The notes beneath the pieces are model-generated. The model searched no databases, was not told the DNA's origin, and worked only from the letters and a program-made list of their open reading frames with translations. A program made the translations under genes and the position numbers. From positions 70,124 through 134,123 of the forward strand of contig CAWBYV010000020.1 in assembly GCA_963793115.1 (NCBI GenBank): 64,000 bases of DNA, read 5' to 3'. Shown here in pieces: positions 48,486 through 57,589 of this stretch (position 1 is the stretch's first letter; every line of letters begins with the position of its first letter). The stretch is from an uncultured delta proteobacterium (GTDB lineage Bacteria; Desulfobacterota; Binatia; Binatales; Binataceae).

Positions 48486-48715
48486 GCCCAGTTCGCCTGC
48501 CACCGCTCAAGGCGCCCGAAGTGCTGCGCGCGCTTCGGCGAGCGGGCTTCGTCGAGCATCGCAGCAGCGGCAGTTATCGAATTCTTAAGCATCCCGCAAA
48601 GCCCGAGCTTCGCGTCATAGTTCCCTTTCACGGCGGCGATCTGAGACGCGGAACGCTCGAATCCATTATTGAGAACTCTGGTCTTACGGCCCAGGAATTT
48701 CTGAGACTCCTGTAG
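48482..48715 (+). CDS. hicA: HicA-family mRNA interferase toxin
   Basis: 77-aa ORF with LKAPEVLRALRRAGFVEHRSSGSYRILKHP ... VPFHGGDLRRGTLESII (YcfA/HicA pattern, including the conserved His). Confidence 0.8.
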   Translation: MSPVRLPPLKAPEVLRALRRAGFVEHRSSGSYRILKHPAKPELRVIVPFHGGDLRRGTLESIIENSGLTAQEFLRLL

Positions 48716-48761
48716 CGGTTTGGCGCGAACGTATTCCCGCCACTTCGCAGTCAAAGCGCGC

Positions 48762-49667
48762 TTACGCGAAGTACTCTTCCGCGCCGATCGTCGGGATCGC
48801 CAAGCTGTAGACCTGATTGTTGCGCAGCACCGTGAAGCTGATTCGGTCGCCCGGGAGATGCTTCAGCAGCGTGTCGTACAGCATCCGGCGCTCGCTGATA
48901 TCGTGGCCGTCGGCGGCCAGCAGCACGTCGCCCTGCTTGAGTCCCGCCTTTTCGCCCGGCCCGCCGGGCATCAGGCCGGCGATCACCACGTGCTCGCGCA
49001 ACGTGTAGGAAAGTACGCCGAGCCAGGCCTTTGGCGTGGTGACTCGCTTGCCGTGCTGGATCAACTCGTCGCGAGCCTGCAGGAAGCATTCAGCGGGGAT
49101 TCCAAGCACCGAGCGCCCGATATCGACGAAGTTCAGGTATGAGGCCGCGACCATCTGGCCCCGGGAGTTGCAGATCGGGCCGCCACTCGAGGCGACGTTC
49201 ATCGCCGAGGTCATCATGCACACCGACCGCTCCAGCACGAACTCCCACACCGCGTCGAATGGCCCGAGATAGCTTATGACTCCACAGTCGGCGCATCGCT
49301 GGTCAGCGCCCGAGCTGGTGACGATGAAGACTTCCTGTCCGAGCGCGCATTGGGCGGAGGAGACCACTTCAAGGTGCGGCAGGTTGCGGTGATCGATCTT
49401 GAGCAGCCCGATTCCCGTCCGGTAATCCTGTGCGACTACCCGGGCCTGCATCTGCTCGCCGTTGGACAGCGCGACGATCACGTTCCGCGCCCCCATCACG
49501 AGGTAGTAAACCGTCAGGATTACCCCGTCGGAGCTGACAATCACGCCGGTGCCGCGGCGGTCGGTGCCCAATCCGATAGTGGCGGAAACGTGATCGGACG
49601 GTACATAGGCATGCACGCCCACCGTCGCGGCGCATACCTTCTCCAGCACATGCACGCTCGCATTCAC
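48762..49667 (-). CDS. HtrA/DegS-like trypsin-fold + PDZ protein with degenerate catalytic triad
   Basis: 301-aa ORF with no signal peptide. It aligns by eye to DegS/DegP blocks: GTGVIVSSDGVILTVYYLV (Tyr where the catalytic His sits), DYRTGIGLLKI (Gly where the Asp sits), ASSGGP (Ser retained). The C-terminal PDZ-like GLMPGGPGEKAGLKQGDVLLAADG is present. Confidence 0.65.
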   Translation of the reverse strand: MNASVHVLEKVCAATVGVHAYVPSDHVSATIGLGTDRRGTGVIVSSDGVILTVYYLVMGARNVIVALSNGEQMQARVVAQDYRTGIGLLKIDHRNLPHLEVVSSAQCALGQEVFIVTSSGADQRCADCGVISYLGPFDAVWEFVLERSVCMMTSAMNVASSGGPICNSRGQMVAASYLNFVDIGRSVLGIPAECFLQARDELIQHGKRVTTPKAWLGVLSYTLREHVVIAGLMPGGPGEKAGLKQGDVLLAADGHDISERRMLYDTLLKHLPGDRISFTVLRNNQVYSLAIPTIGAEEYFA

Positions 49668-49822
49668 GATGTTCTCTTGGCCTTTCCGAGCTTACCGTAG
49701 GCACGCCCGGCCAAGGTTTCAAGCATCAATTTGTCATGTTCTGGACAGCGATCGCAAAGAAAAAGGGACGGTCCGCGTGAGACCGTCCCTGCTGGTAACT
49801 TGTCTGATTTCCGGGGGCGGGG

Positions 49823-50227
49823 TTATTTGGTCGGCGCCGGCGTCTGGGCGAGCTCGTTGGCGCGCATCGTCAGGAGTTGCACCGCCGAGCCCAAGTCGAG
49901 CTCGCTGTACTTGCGGTTGGCATACAGGTCGTCCAGGCGCTTGACCACGTCATCGGGCTTGAATTCCGAGACCGACAGCTCGGAGCCCAGTTGCCGGATT
50001 ATCTTCTTCGCGCCCTTCCAATGGAACAACTCGGCCGCGACCGTGAGATTGTCGAGCTTGCCGAGGCTCACCTGCATCGCATCGGCATAGCCGTTGACAT
50101 AGCCGGACTTGGCTGCGGGATTGAGCCGGCCCCAATAAAGGCCGTTGTGCTCAGCCACGGTCGCGCCCACCGCGACCACCCAACCCGCCAGCAACCCGAC
50201 CACCACGCCAGCGCTGAACTTTTTCAT
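49823..50227 (-). CDS. hypothetical exported protein
   Basis: 134-aa ORF with an N-terminal hydrophobic segment MKKFSAGVVVGLLAGWVVAVGA. No family recognised. Confidence 0.45.
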   Translation of the reverse strand: MKKFSAGVVVGLLAGWVVAVGATVAEHNGLYWGRLNPAAKSGYVNGYADAMQVSLGKLDNLTVAAELFHWKGAKKIIRQLGSELSVSEFKPDDVVKRLDDLYANRKYSELDLGSAVQLLTMRANELAQTPAPTK

Positions 50228-50474
50228 GATTAAGCGGACTCCCCGCTTTTCTACACATCCAGTATGTCTTGCAGTACGTCTTGTATCAGAAGCCGGTTAC
50301 ACACAAAAGATGCCGCGCCGCCGGATTCATGAAAAATGTCCACAAACGCGACGTTTGCGTCGGCTGGGAGACCAGAAGACCCCGACGCGGGCGCCTTGTG
50401 GCTGAGGCGCGGGATTGAATCGCCGGTCGCGGCAATGCGATCATCGCACAGTCATTCTCTCCCACCGCGCTGAG

Positions 50475-51602
50475 ATGTCAATCTGGAAGGAAGTTCTGGG
50501 CTTTATTGAACGGCCCGACATGGCGGCCTTCGAGCCGCTCGCGCTACGCGTCTTCTGGCATCAGTATGACGCTATAGGCTCCTACCGCGACTACTGCTTG
50601 GAGCGCGGCTTCGGCCCCGAGCGGGTCCGTTCGATCGACGACATCCCCGCGATCAGCACGGTCGCCTTCAAGTATGCGGAACTCGCGAAGCCGCCCGCCG
50701 AGCGGGTCTTTGTCACCAGCGGAACGACGATCGGCCCGGTCGAGCGGGGACGGCATTTCGTCCCGAATCTGGAAGTCTACCGCGCCTCCGCGTTGGGCCA
50801 TCTGGCGCCGATGCTCTTTCCCGATCGCGCCAGGACTGAAGTTGGGATTAGCATGCTTGTGCTCCATCCCACAGCAAATCTTATGCCCGAATCATCGTTG
50901 GCCCAGATGCTGAGCTGGTGCGTGGAGAAGTTCGGCGACGGACGCACGCTCTGCGCTGCCGACCGCAATGGCGTCAACGTGGCGGAGGCGCGCTCTTTCC
51001 TCGGCCAATTGGCCCGCACCGGCGCGCCGGTATGCATCCTGGGCACGACGGCCGCGCTGGCCCGGATGCTCGCGACGATTGCTGCCTCCGATGCTCCGAT
51101 TCGCTTGGCCGCGGGCTCGCGAGTCATGGATACCGGCGGCGCCAAGGGGCAGGCGAAGCCGCTCGAAGCTGGCGAGTTGATCGCGCTCGCCGAACAATGG
51201 CTTGGAATTCCCCCACCCTTGGTAATCAACGAATACGGGATGACCGAGATGTGCTCGCAGCTCTACGACTTGACGGCTTTCAACTCCCGAGGCCGCGATG
51301 CCGCCCCAATGCGCGCCTCTGGCGGGCGTCCGAAGCTGGGCCCGCCCTGGTTGCGGGCCGCCGCGGTCGATCCGGTGACACTCAAACGTGTTCCCGACGG
51401 CGAGGCGGGGCTGCTTTCCTTCTTCGATCTCGCCAATGTCGGGTCGGTGTCTGCTTTGATCACCGAAGACTTCGGTATAGTCGAAGGGCGCGAGGTGTTC
51501 GTCCTGGGGCGCGCCAGCCGTGAGGCTCGCGGATGCGCGCTCGGAGTCGAGGAATTCGCCGCGATCGAAAACGCCAACGCCGACGCTGACCGAATCGCAT
51601 AG
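50475..51602 (+). CDS. LuxE-family acyl-protein synthetase / acyl-adenylate-forming enzyme
   Basis: ATG 50475 lies inside ORF 50415..51602. The LuxE-type N-terminal signature FEPLALRVFWHQYDAIGSYRDYCLERG ... IPAISTVAFKY ... VFVTSGTT is present, with later DTGGAKG and NEYGMTE blocks. Confidence 0.8.
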   Translation: MSIWKEVLGFIERPDMAAFEPLALRVFWHQYDAIGSYRDYCLERGFGPERVRSIDDIPAISTVAFKYAELAKPPAERVFVTSGTTIGPVERGRHFVPNLEVYRASALGHLAPMLFPDRARTEVGISMLVLHPTANLMPESSLAQMLSWCVEKFGDGRTLCAADRNGVNVAEARSFLGQLARTGAPVCILGTTAALARMLATIAASDAPIRLAAGSRVMDTGGAKGQAKPLEAGELIALAEQWLGIPPPLVINEYGMTEMCSQLYDLTAFNSRGRDAAPMRASGGRPKLGPPWLRAAAVDPVTLKRVPDGEAGLLSFFDLANVGSVSALITEDFGIVEGREVFVLGRASREARGCALGVEEFAAIENANADADRIA

Positions 51603-51613
51603 CGTGATCTCTC

Positions 51614-52867
51614 ATGACTAGCCAAAACTTGACTAGCCGAGGTCCTGTGCTGAGCGCGGAGGCTTCGGGCCGCCACGCGCTCGCTGGCTCGACGCTCGCG
51701 TTAGCCCGGCTCCGCGAAACCCTTCGCCAGACGATCTCTCGGGATCGAATTGCGGCGGCACTCTCGCTGACGTGCGAGCGATGGCGTAGCCGAAGCCTCG
51801 AGGCCCGCCGCGAGACTATGTCGCTTGCGGCCCGCGCGTCTGGCTTTTCACCCGCCCTGCTGGACGAATCGCTCGACGCGCTGCTGAAACCGTTCCATCC
51901 TGCGGCCTTCGAGTCGCTCGCGGCGAAGCTCGCGACACGCCCGCAACTGCTCGGCTTCATCATGCCTGGCAACATCATCGGAGCAGGACTGCACGAGGTC
52001 TGCCAGGCTTTGATTGGCGGCGCGGCGATCGTGCTCAAGACCTCCAGTGGCGAGCCGCGCTTCTTTGCGGCGTTGGCCCGGACGCTGCGCGAGATTGACG
52101 CGCAAGCCGGCTCGCGTATCGCGGTCCTGAATTGGAGCCGCGTGAACACCGATCGGACCGCCGCGATGATGCAGGCGTGTGACCGGGTGGTCGCATTCGG
52201 CGCCGACGAATCGATCGCGGCGCTGGATTCCGGCCCCGGCCTTATCGCATTCGGCAGCCGCGCCAGCGGCGCGCTGGTCGCGCTGGATTGCGGTGGGATC
52301 GCGGTGGCGGACCTGGTCGCGCGCGACGTAGGGCTGTTCGAGCAGCGCGGATGCCTGTCGGCCCATCATGTGTTCGTAGAGGATTCGCGCGCCGGCGTAG
52401 CCCGCGATTTTGCCGCGCAACTGGCCGCTGCGCTCGATCGGTTCGCGAAGCAGTTCCCGCCGCCGATCGCATTGCCCCTGCAAGCGGCGGCCGCCATCCG
52501 CAGCGCGCGGGAGAACGCCCGATGGCGGCGGCTTGGCGGACGCGACGTTGCGATGTGGGAAGGCGAGCGTCTGGGATGGACGGTGATCTACGACGGCGCC
52601 GCCGGGTTTCGGCTCTCGCCCGGCAATCGCACGGTCTACGTTACGCCGTTCCGCAATCTCGCCGATCTTGGCGGCCGTCTCGCGCACGCGGCGGGGCGAC
52701 TCGAAGCATTCGCGATCGCAGATTCGTCGGGCCAGCTTTCCGACGCGCGAGCACACCTTAAGAGTATCGGCGTGTCGTACCTCGCCGTGCCGGGCGAGCT
52801 GCAATCGCCGCCGCTGGAATGGCGCCACGGGGTCGGCGCGTTGCTCGATCTCTTCGTCGCGCGATGA
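51614..52867 (+). CDS. LuxC-family acyl-CoA/acyl-protein reductase (aldehyde-forming)
   Basis: Intact 417-aa ORF starting 11 nt after the LuxE-like stop. ALDH-like fold blocks present: IMPGNIIGAGLHEVCQALIGGAAIVLKTSSGEP, VVAFGADESI, and a candidate catalytic Cys in FEQRGCLSAHHVFV. Confidence 0.75.
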   Translation: MTSQNLTSRGPVLSAEASGRHALAGSTLALARLRETLRQTISRDRIAAALSLTCERWRSRSLEARRETMSLAARASGFSPALLDESLDALLKPFHPAAFESLAAKLATRPQLLGFIMPGNIIGAGLHEVCQALIGGAAIVLKTSSGEPRFFAALARTLREIDAQAGSRIAVLNWSRVNTDRTAAMMQACDRVVAFGADESIAALDSGPGLIAFGSRASGALVALDCGGIAVADLVARDVGLFEQRGCLSAHHVFVEDSRAGVARDFAAQLAAALDRFAKQFPPPIALPLQAAAAIRSARENARWRRLGGRDVAMWEGERLGWTVIYDGAAGFRLSPGNRTVYVTPFRNLADLGGRLAHAAGRLEAFAIADSSGQLSDARAHLKSIGVSYLAVPGELQSPPLEWRHGVGALLDLFVAR

Positions 52868-54096
52868 GCGCTCCAACCGAATCGTTTGCCGAATCCTCTC
52901 CCGAACTCTTTCGCCGGTTTCTCGCACAGACCTCGGGTTTCCCGCTCGGTCTCGAAATCGTTCGCGCGGAGGGTTCGTGGCTCTACGCCGCCGACGGCAA
53001 ACGCTACCTCGATTTCATCGCGGGAATCGGCGTCACCGCACTCGGCCACGGCCATCCGGCGGTGCTGAGCGCGATCGAATCCCAGATGCGCCGTCATCTG
53101 CATGTGATGGTTTATGGCGAGTACGTGATCGAAGCGCAGGTCGCGCTGGCCCGGCGCCTCGCCGCTCTGCTGCCGCCGCGCCTCGGCCGCGTGTACTTCA
53201 CCAACAGCGGCGCCGAGGCGATCGAGGGCGCGCTCAAGACCGCGCGCAAATATACCGGCCGGCGCGAGTTCGTAGCCTTCGACGGCGCCTATCACGGCGA
53301 CACGATGGGCGCGCTCGCGCTGTCGGGGAATCCGGCCTTCCGCGCTCCGTTCGAGCCGCTGGCCGGTCCGGTGCGCCATCTCCCGTACGGAGATTCAGAC
53401 GCGCTGGACGCGATCGGCCGCGAGGTCGCCGCGGTCGTGATCGAGCCCGTGCAAGCGGAAGGCGGCGTCAGGATTCCCGGCGCCGATTTCGTCCGGGCGT
53501 TGCGCGAGCGATGCGACCGCACCGGCGCGCTGCTCATCTTCGACGAAGTTCTCACCGGTTTTGGCCGTACGGGCCGGCTTTTCGCGCTCGAACACTTCGG
53601 AGTCGTGCCGGATCTGATCGTCCTTGCCAAAGCACTCGGCGGCGGTTTGCCGCTCGGCGCATTCTGCGGCCCCACCGAGATTCTGCAAACGCTCGCGCAC
53701 GACCCGCCGCTCGGCCATATCACGACCTTCGGCGGCCATCCGCTTTCCTGCGCTGCGGGTCTCGCCAGCCTCGATGCGATCGTCGCAGAGCGGCTCTGGG
53801 AGCGCGCGAGCGCCGTCGGCGCAACGATCGTCACACGGCTTGGGTGCCTGGCCGGCGATGAGATTGCCGCGCTACGCGGAATCGGCCTGCTGATCGGGAT
53901 CGAGTTCGCTTCAGCCGCGATCGCGCGTCGCTTCGTCGCCGAGACCGTCGCGCGGGGTACCGTTGTGAACTGGACGCTGAACGCCGATCGCGTCGTGCGG
54001 CTCGCGCCGCCCCTAACGATTCGCGATGACGAGGTCGATTTCGCGCTTGCCTCGATGACCGAGGCGCTCGCAGCCGTCCGCAGGGCGAGAGCATGA
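52864..54096 (+). CDS. class-III PLP-dependent aminotransferase (acetylornithine/omega-aminotransferase-like)
   Basis: ATG 52864 overlaps the LuxC-like stop (ATGA). Blocks GIGVTALGHGHP, FTNSGAEAIEGALK, IFDEVLTGFGRTG and the PLP-lysine motif LAKALGGGLPLGA are present. Confidence 0.85.
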   Translation: MSAPTESFAESSPELFRRFLAQTSGFPLGLEIVRAEGSWLYAADGKRYLDFIAGIGVTALGHGHPAVLSAIESQMRRHLHVMVYGEYVIEAQVALARRLAALLPPRLGRVYFTNSGAEAIEGALKTARKYTGRREFVAFDGAYHGDTMGALALSGNPAFRAPFEPLAGPVRHLPYGDSDALDAIGREVAAVVIEPVQAEGGVRIPGADFVRALRERCDRTGALLIFDEVLTGFGRTGRLFALEHFGVVPDLIVLAKALGGGLPLGAFCGPTEILQTLAHDPPLGHITTFGGHPLSCAAGLASLDAIVAERLWERASAVGATIVTRLGCLAGDEIAALRGIGLLIGIEFASAAIARRFVAETVARGTVVNWTLNADRVVRLAPPLTIRDDEVDFALASMTEALAAVRRARA

Positions 54097-55061
54097 GCAG
54101 GCTGCCCGGAGAGTTCGACGTTATCGCGCGGCTCACTGCGGACTTGCGCTTAAGCCGCCGCGTGATTCTCGGCCCCGGCGACGATTGCGCGATTGTCGCG
54201 CCGGGCCGCAAGCCCCAACTGTTCACGATCGACTCGATGGTCGAGGGCGTGCACTTCAAGCTCAAGTGGGGATCGCCGCGGATGCTCGGCGAGCGGGCGC
54301 TGGCCGTAAATCTGAGCGACATTGCCGCGATGGGCGGGTATCCGACCGCATGCGTGGTCAATCTGGCGCTCCGGCGCGGCTTGCCGATGGAAACGGTAGA
54401 CGAGTTGTTCAGGGGTCTCAAGGCCTCGGCGAGAGCCGCGGGTGTCGATGTAGCCGGCGGCAATATCACCAGCGCGGCGCAACTGGCGATAACGATCGCG
54501 ATGCTCGGCGAGCTGCGCGGCGCGGCGCTCAGGCGCGACGCCGCCCGCGTCGGCGATGAGATCTACGTTACCGGCACGCTCGGCGACGCCGCCGCTGGAT
54601 GGCGGATCCTGGAGGGCAAGCTCAAGGCGGCAGGCTCGCATCGCAAGTTCCTGGCCGCGCGATTTTTGAGGCCGGCCGCGCGCCTCGAGGCGGGTCAGGC
54701 GTTGGCTCGAATACGTCCGGCGCCGGCCGCGATCGATGTCAGCGACGGGTTGTTGCAGGATCTCGGCCATATTCTGGAGCGCAGCGGTGTGGGCGCGGAA
54801 ATCGATCCCGGCGCGATTCCAATCTCGCCGGCGTACAAGTCGGTGATGCGCGGCGAGATCGACTTGGCGCTCACCGGCGGCGAAGACTACGAGTTGCTTT
54901 TCTGCATCCGGCCCGGTAGTTCGGAACGCGAACTGACCGCCCGATTGGGCGTTGCGGTCCGGCGAATCGGTGTAATCGTTCGCGGCCGCCCCGAAATTTC
55001 ATTAGTCGGTACCCACCCGCGACGATTGCCCATTCGGCGCGGATTCGATCAGCTCAGGTAG
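54093..55061 (+). CDS. thiL: thiamine-monophosphate kinase
   Basis: ATG 54093 overlaps the aminotransferase stop (ATGA). Blocks GEFDVIARL, GPGDDCAIV, DSMVEGVHF, LAVNLSDIAAMGG, GGNIT and TGGEDYELLF are present. Confidence 0.88.
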   Translation: MSRLPGEFDVIARLTADLRLSRRVILGPGDDCAIVAPGRKPQLFTIDSMVEGVHFKLKWGSPRMLGERALAVNLSDIAAMGGYPTACVVNLALRRGLPMETVDELFRGLKASARAAGVDVAGGNITSAAQLAITIAMLGELRGAALRRDAARVGDEIYVTGTLGDAAAGWRILEGKLKAAGSHRKFLAARFLRPAARLEAGQALARIRPAPAAIDVSDGLLQDLGHILERSGVGAEIDPGAIPISPAYKSVMRGEIDLALTGGEDYELLFCIRPGSSERELTARLGVAVRRIGVIVRGRPEISLVGTHPRRLPIRRGFDQLR

Positions 55062-55074
55062 TGCGAGACCGCCG

Positions 55075-56289
55075 ATGCTGATTCAACTGCTTTTGCCCCT
55101 GGTCAGTGCGCTGCTGTTCGTGAGCGCCTTGCTCGCAGCCTCAGAGACCGCGCTGTTCGCGCTGGTCAGGATGGAGCACACGCGCGGCACTCTGTCGGCG
55201 AGCATCACGCGCGCGCTCGATCGCCTGATGCGCCGCCCGGCGGAGTCGCTGATCGTCGTGATCGGCTTGAACGAGGCGGCCAACGTATGCGCCGAATGTC
55301 TTGCCACCTCGCTGCTGCTGCTGTGGCTGGGTCCGGTCGGCGCTTACGTCTCGGTGCCGGTGATGTTCATCCTGGTGTTGCTGATCGCCGACATTACGCC
55401 CAAGACGCTCGCGCTCGGTTTTCCCGGCGCGGTGGCCCGGATCACCGCGCGTCCGCTGGCGGCGGTGGCGGAGGCCGTTCATCCCGTGATCCGCGTTTTC
55501 GCGCCGAGCGGACCGGTGCCGCAGCCCGAGGCGGTTTCGGAGGCGGAATTCAAGGCGCTGCTGCGCCTGGGCGAAAGCCAGGGCAGGTCGAGCCGGCGGA
55601 GCGCGAGATGATCCACAAGGTTTTCGACTTCGGCAATCGCCGCGTGCTCGAGGTGATGACGCCGCGCGACCGGATCTTCTGCCTCGATATCGATACGCCC
55701 GGCGAGCGCCTGGCCGCCGAGGTCGCTCACGGCCACTTTTCGCGCGTGCCGGTCTATCGCCATCGCCGCGACAACATCATCGGGGTCCTGCACGTCAAGG
55801 ACCTGGTTGCCCGGCGCCTCGAAGCCGGCAATCCGCGCCTGGAGCGCCTCATCCGTCCGCCTTCTTTCGTGCCGCTGCGCAAGCCGCTGGCTGAACTGTT
55901 CGACGAGATGCGCCGCAGCCGGACGCGGCTCGCGCTGGTGGTTGACGAATACGGGAAGTTGCAGGGGCTGGTGACGCTCGAAGATCTGCTCGAAGAATTG
56001 TTCGGTGAAATCCGCGACGAGTTCGATATCGAAGGTCCGGAGCTGAGCCAGGTGGCCGACAGACGAATGGCTGGTGTCGGGAGCGATCGAGATGCGCAAG
56101 CTGCAGGAGAGCTGATCGGCGATGGTTTGCCGGCGGCAAGCGATGGCGGGCAGACCCTGTCCAGCCTCGTGCTGCGGCGCCTCAAGCGGGTGCCCGCGCG
56201 CCTGGCGATCGTTTCGGGCTCGGCGACTGCAGGCGACGGTCGAGCGGGTGCGCGGCGCCACCGTCGAAGTGGTGAGGCTCAAGCGATGA
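55075..56289 (+). pseudogene. CNNM/CorC-HlyC family protein (DUF21-CBS-CorC), about 5 frameshifts
   Basis: The DUF21 N-terminus (LAASETALFAL) is in ORF 55075..55611. ERE MIHKVFDFGNRRVLEVMTPRD and the CBS pair are in ORF 55287... The C-terminal pieces DEWLVSGAIEMRKLQE, QTLSSLVLRRLKRVPAR, PGDRFGLGD and LQATVERVRGATVEVVRLKR lie in alternating frames, with breaks near 55591, 56061, 56110, 56200 and 56230. Confidence 0.75.
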
Positions 56290-57589
56290 CCGCGCTCGAG
56301 TGGCGGCCGCGGTCGCGGCCTGCGTGATCTGGTGCAGGCGTTTTTCGCCGCCAGCGAAATCGCGCTGGTATGCGCCGACGAAGTCAAGCTGCGCGCCGGG
56401 AGCGAGCGCGGCGAGGCGCGACTCGCGCCTGCTCTCGGGCCTGCTCGCAGCGACGCGATCGCCTGCTCGCGCTGGTGCTGACGAGCAACAATCTGGCCGA
56501 CCGTGATCGCCGCGGCGATCCTGACCAGTTTTCTCTACGCGCTCGAGCCCGCATCTCGGTCTGCTCGCGCCGTTGATTCTCGCGCCGTCTGACGCTGGTG
56601 CTCGGCGAGGCGCTGCCCAAACTGCTCGCGCTCAGGCGCCCGCTCGGCTTTCGCGCGCGTGGCCGCGCGGCCGCTCAAGCTGCTCGCGACGGCGCTCGCG
56701 CCGCTGCTCGCGATCGAGACCGCGCTCAGCCGCTGCTTGCGCCGGCTGGCCGGCGTCCCGCCGAAGTGCGAGAGCGTGTTCATGACGCCGCGAGGATCTC
56801 GCGCTGCTGGCTGCGAGCGCCAGGGCAGCGGCGCGCGGGCCGGGCGCGACGCGATCCTGCCGGCCGAGCAGCAGATGATCAGCCGCATCTTCCGCTTCTC
56901 CCACTCCGAGGCGCGCAAGGCGATGGTGCCGCTGGTCCGGGTCGAGGCGGTGCCCGACGACACCACGCTCGCCGCGCGCGATCGAAGTCGTCGCGGCGCG
57001 AGGGCTTCACGCCGCCTGCCGGTGTTCCACGAGCGCGATCGTCGACATCATCGGCGTGGTGCACGTCTTCGATCTGCTCGAAGCGCCCGACCTGAGCCGC
57101 CCGGTCAGCGAAGTGATGCGGCCGGTCAGCTATTTTCCCGAATCGACGCCGCTCGACGAGATTCTGCTCGCGCTCCAGCGCACCGGCGAGAACATGGCGG
57201 TGGTGGTCGACGAATACGGCGGCGCCGGCGGGAATTATTGACCATCGAGGATCTGCTCGAAGAGATCGTCGGCGAGATCGAGGACGAGTACGACGTCGCG
57301 CGAGGAGCTGGCCCGCGTGGTCGATCTCGCGAACGCTGCGGTTGTGCGCGCGCGCCGCGATCGCGGAATTCAACGAACGCTTCGGCGCTCAGACTTCCCG
57401 AGGGCGATGAGTATGCTACGATCGGCGGGCCTGGTGGTGGAGCGGCTCGGCCATATTCCCAAACCCGGCGAACAGCTCAAGGTCGGCGACCTGACGATTA
57501 CGGTGCGCGCGGCGGACGCGCGCGCGGTGCGCGAGGTGATGCTTCAACTCGCCCGGCCGCTGCGGTCCGAATCCGCCCGCCGGCGATGA
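56286..57589 (+). pseudogene. second CNNM/CorC-HlyC family protein, many (about 8-10) frameshifts
   Basis: Recognisable fragments are scattered over all three + frames: AFFAASEIALVCADEVKLRAG, LTSNNLA, LGEALPKLLAL, PAEQQMISRIFRFSHSEARKAMVPLVRVEAVPDDTTL, IIGVVHVFDLLEA, ENMAVVVDEYGG, IEDLLEEIVGEIEDEYD, GLVVERLGHIPKPGEQLKVGDLTITVRAADARAVREV. The start overlaps the upstream stop (ATGA). Confidence 0.7.

Noticed and set aside
50475-52867. A bacterial bioluminescence (lux) operon, given LuxE-like and LuxC-like genes plus a luciferase-like monooxygenase at 10758..11744.
   Set aside because: No luxA/luxB pair, luxD or luxG is adjacent. The LLM-class oxidoreductase is 39 kb away on the other strand and looks like a generic F420/FMN-dependent enzyme. 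The LuxE/LuxC pair is instead coupled to an aminotransferase.
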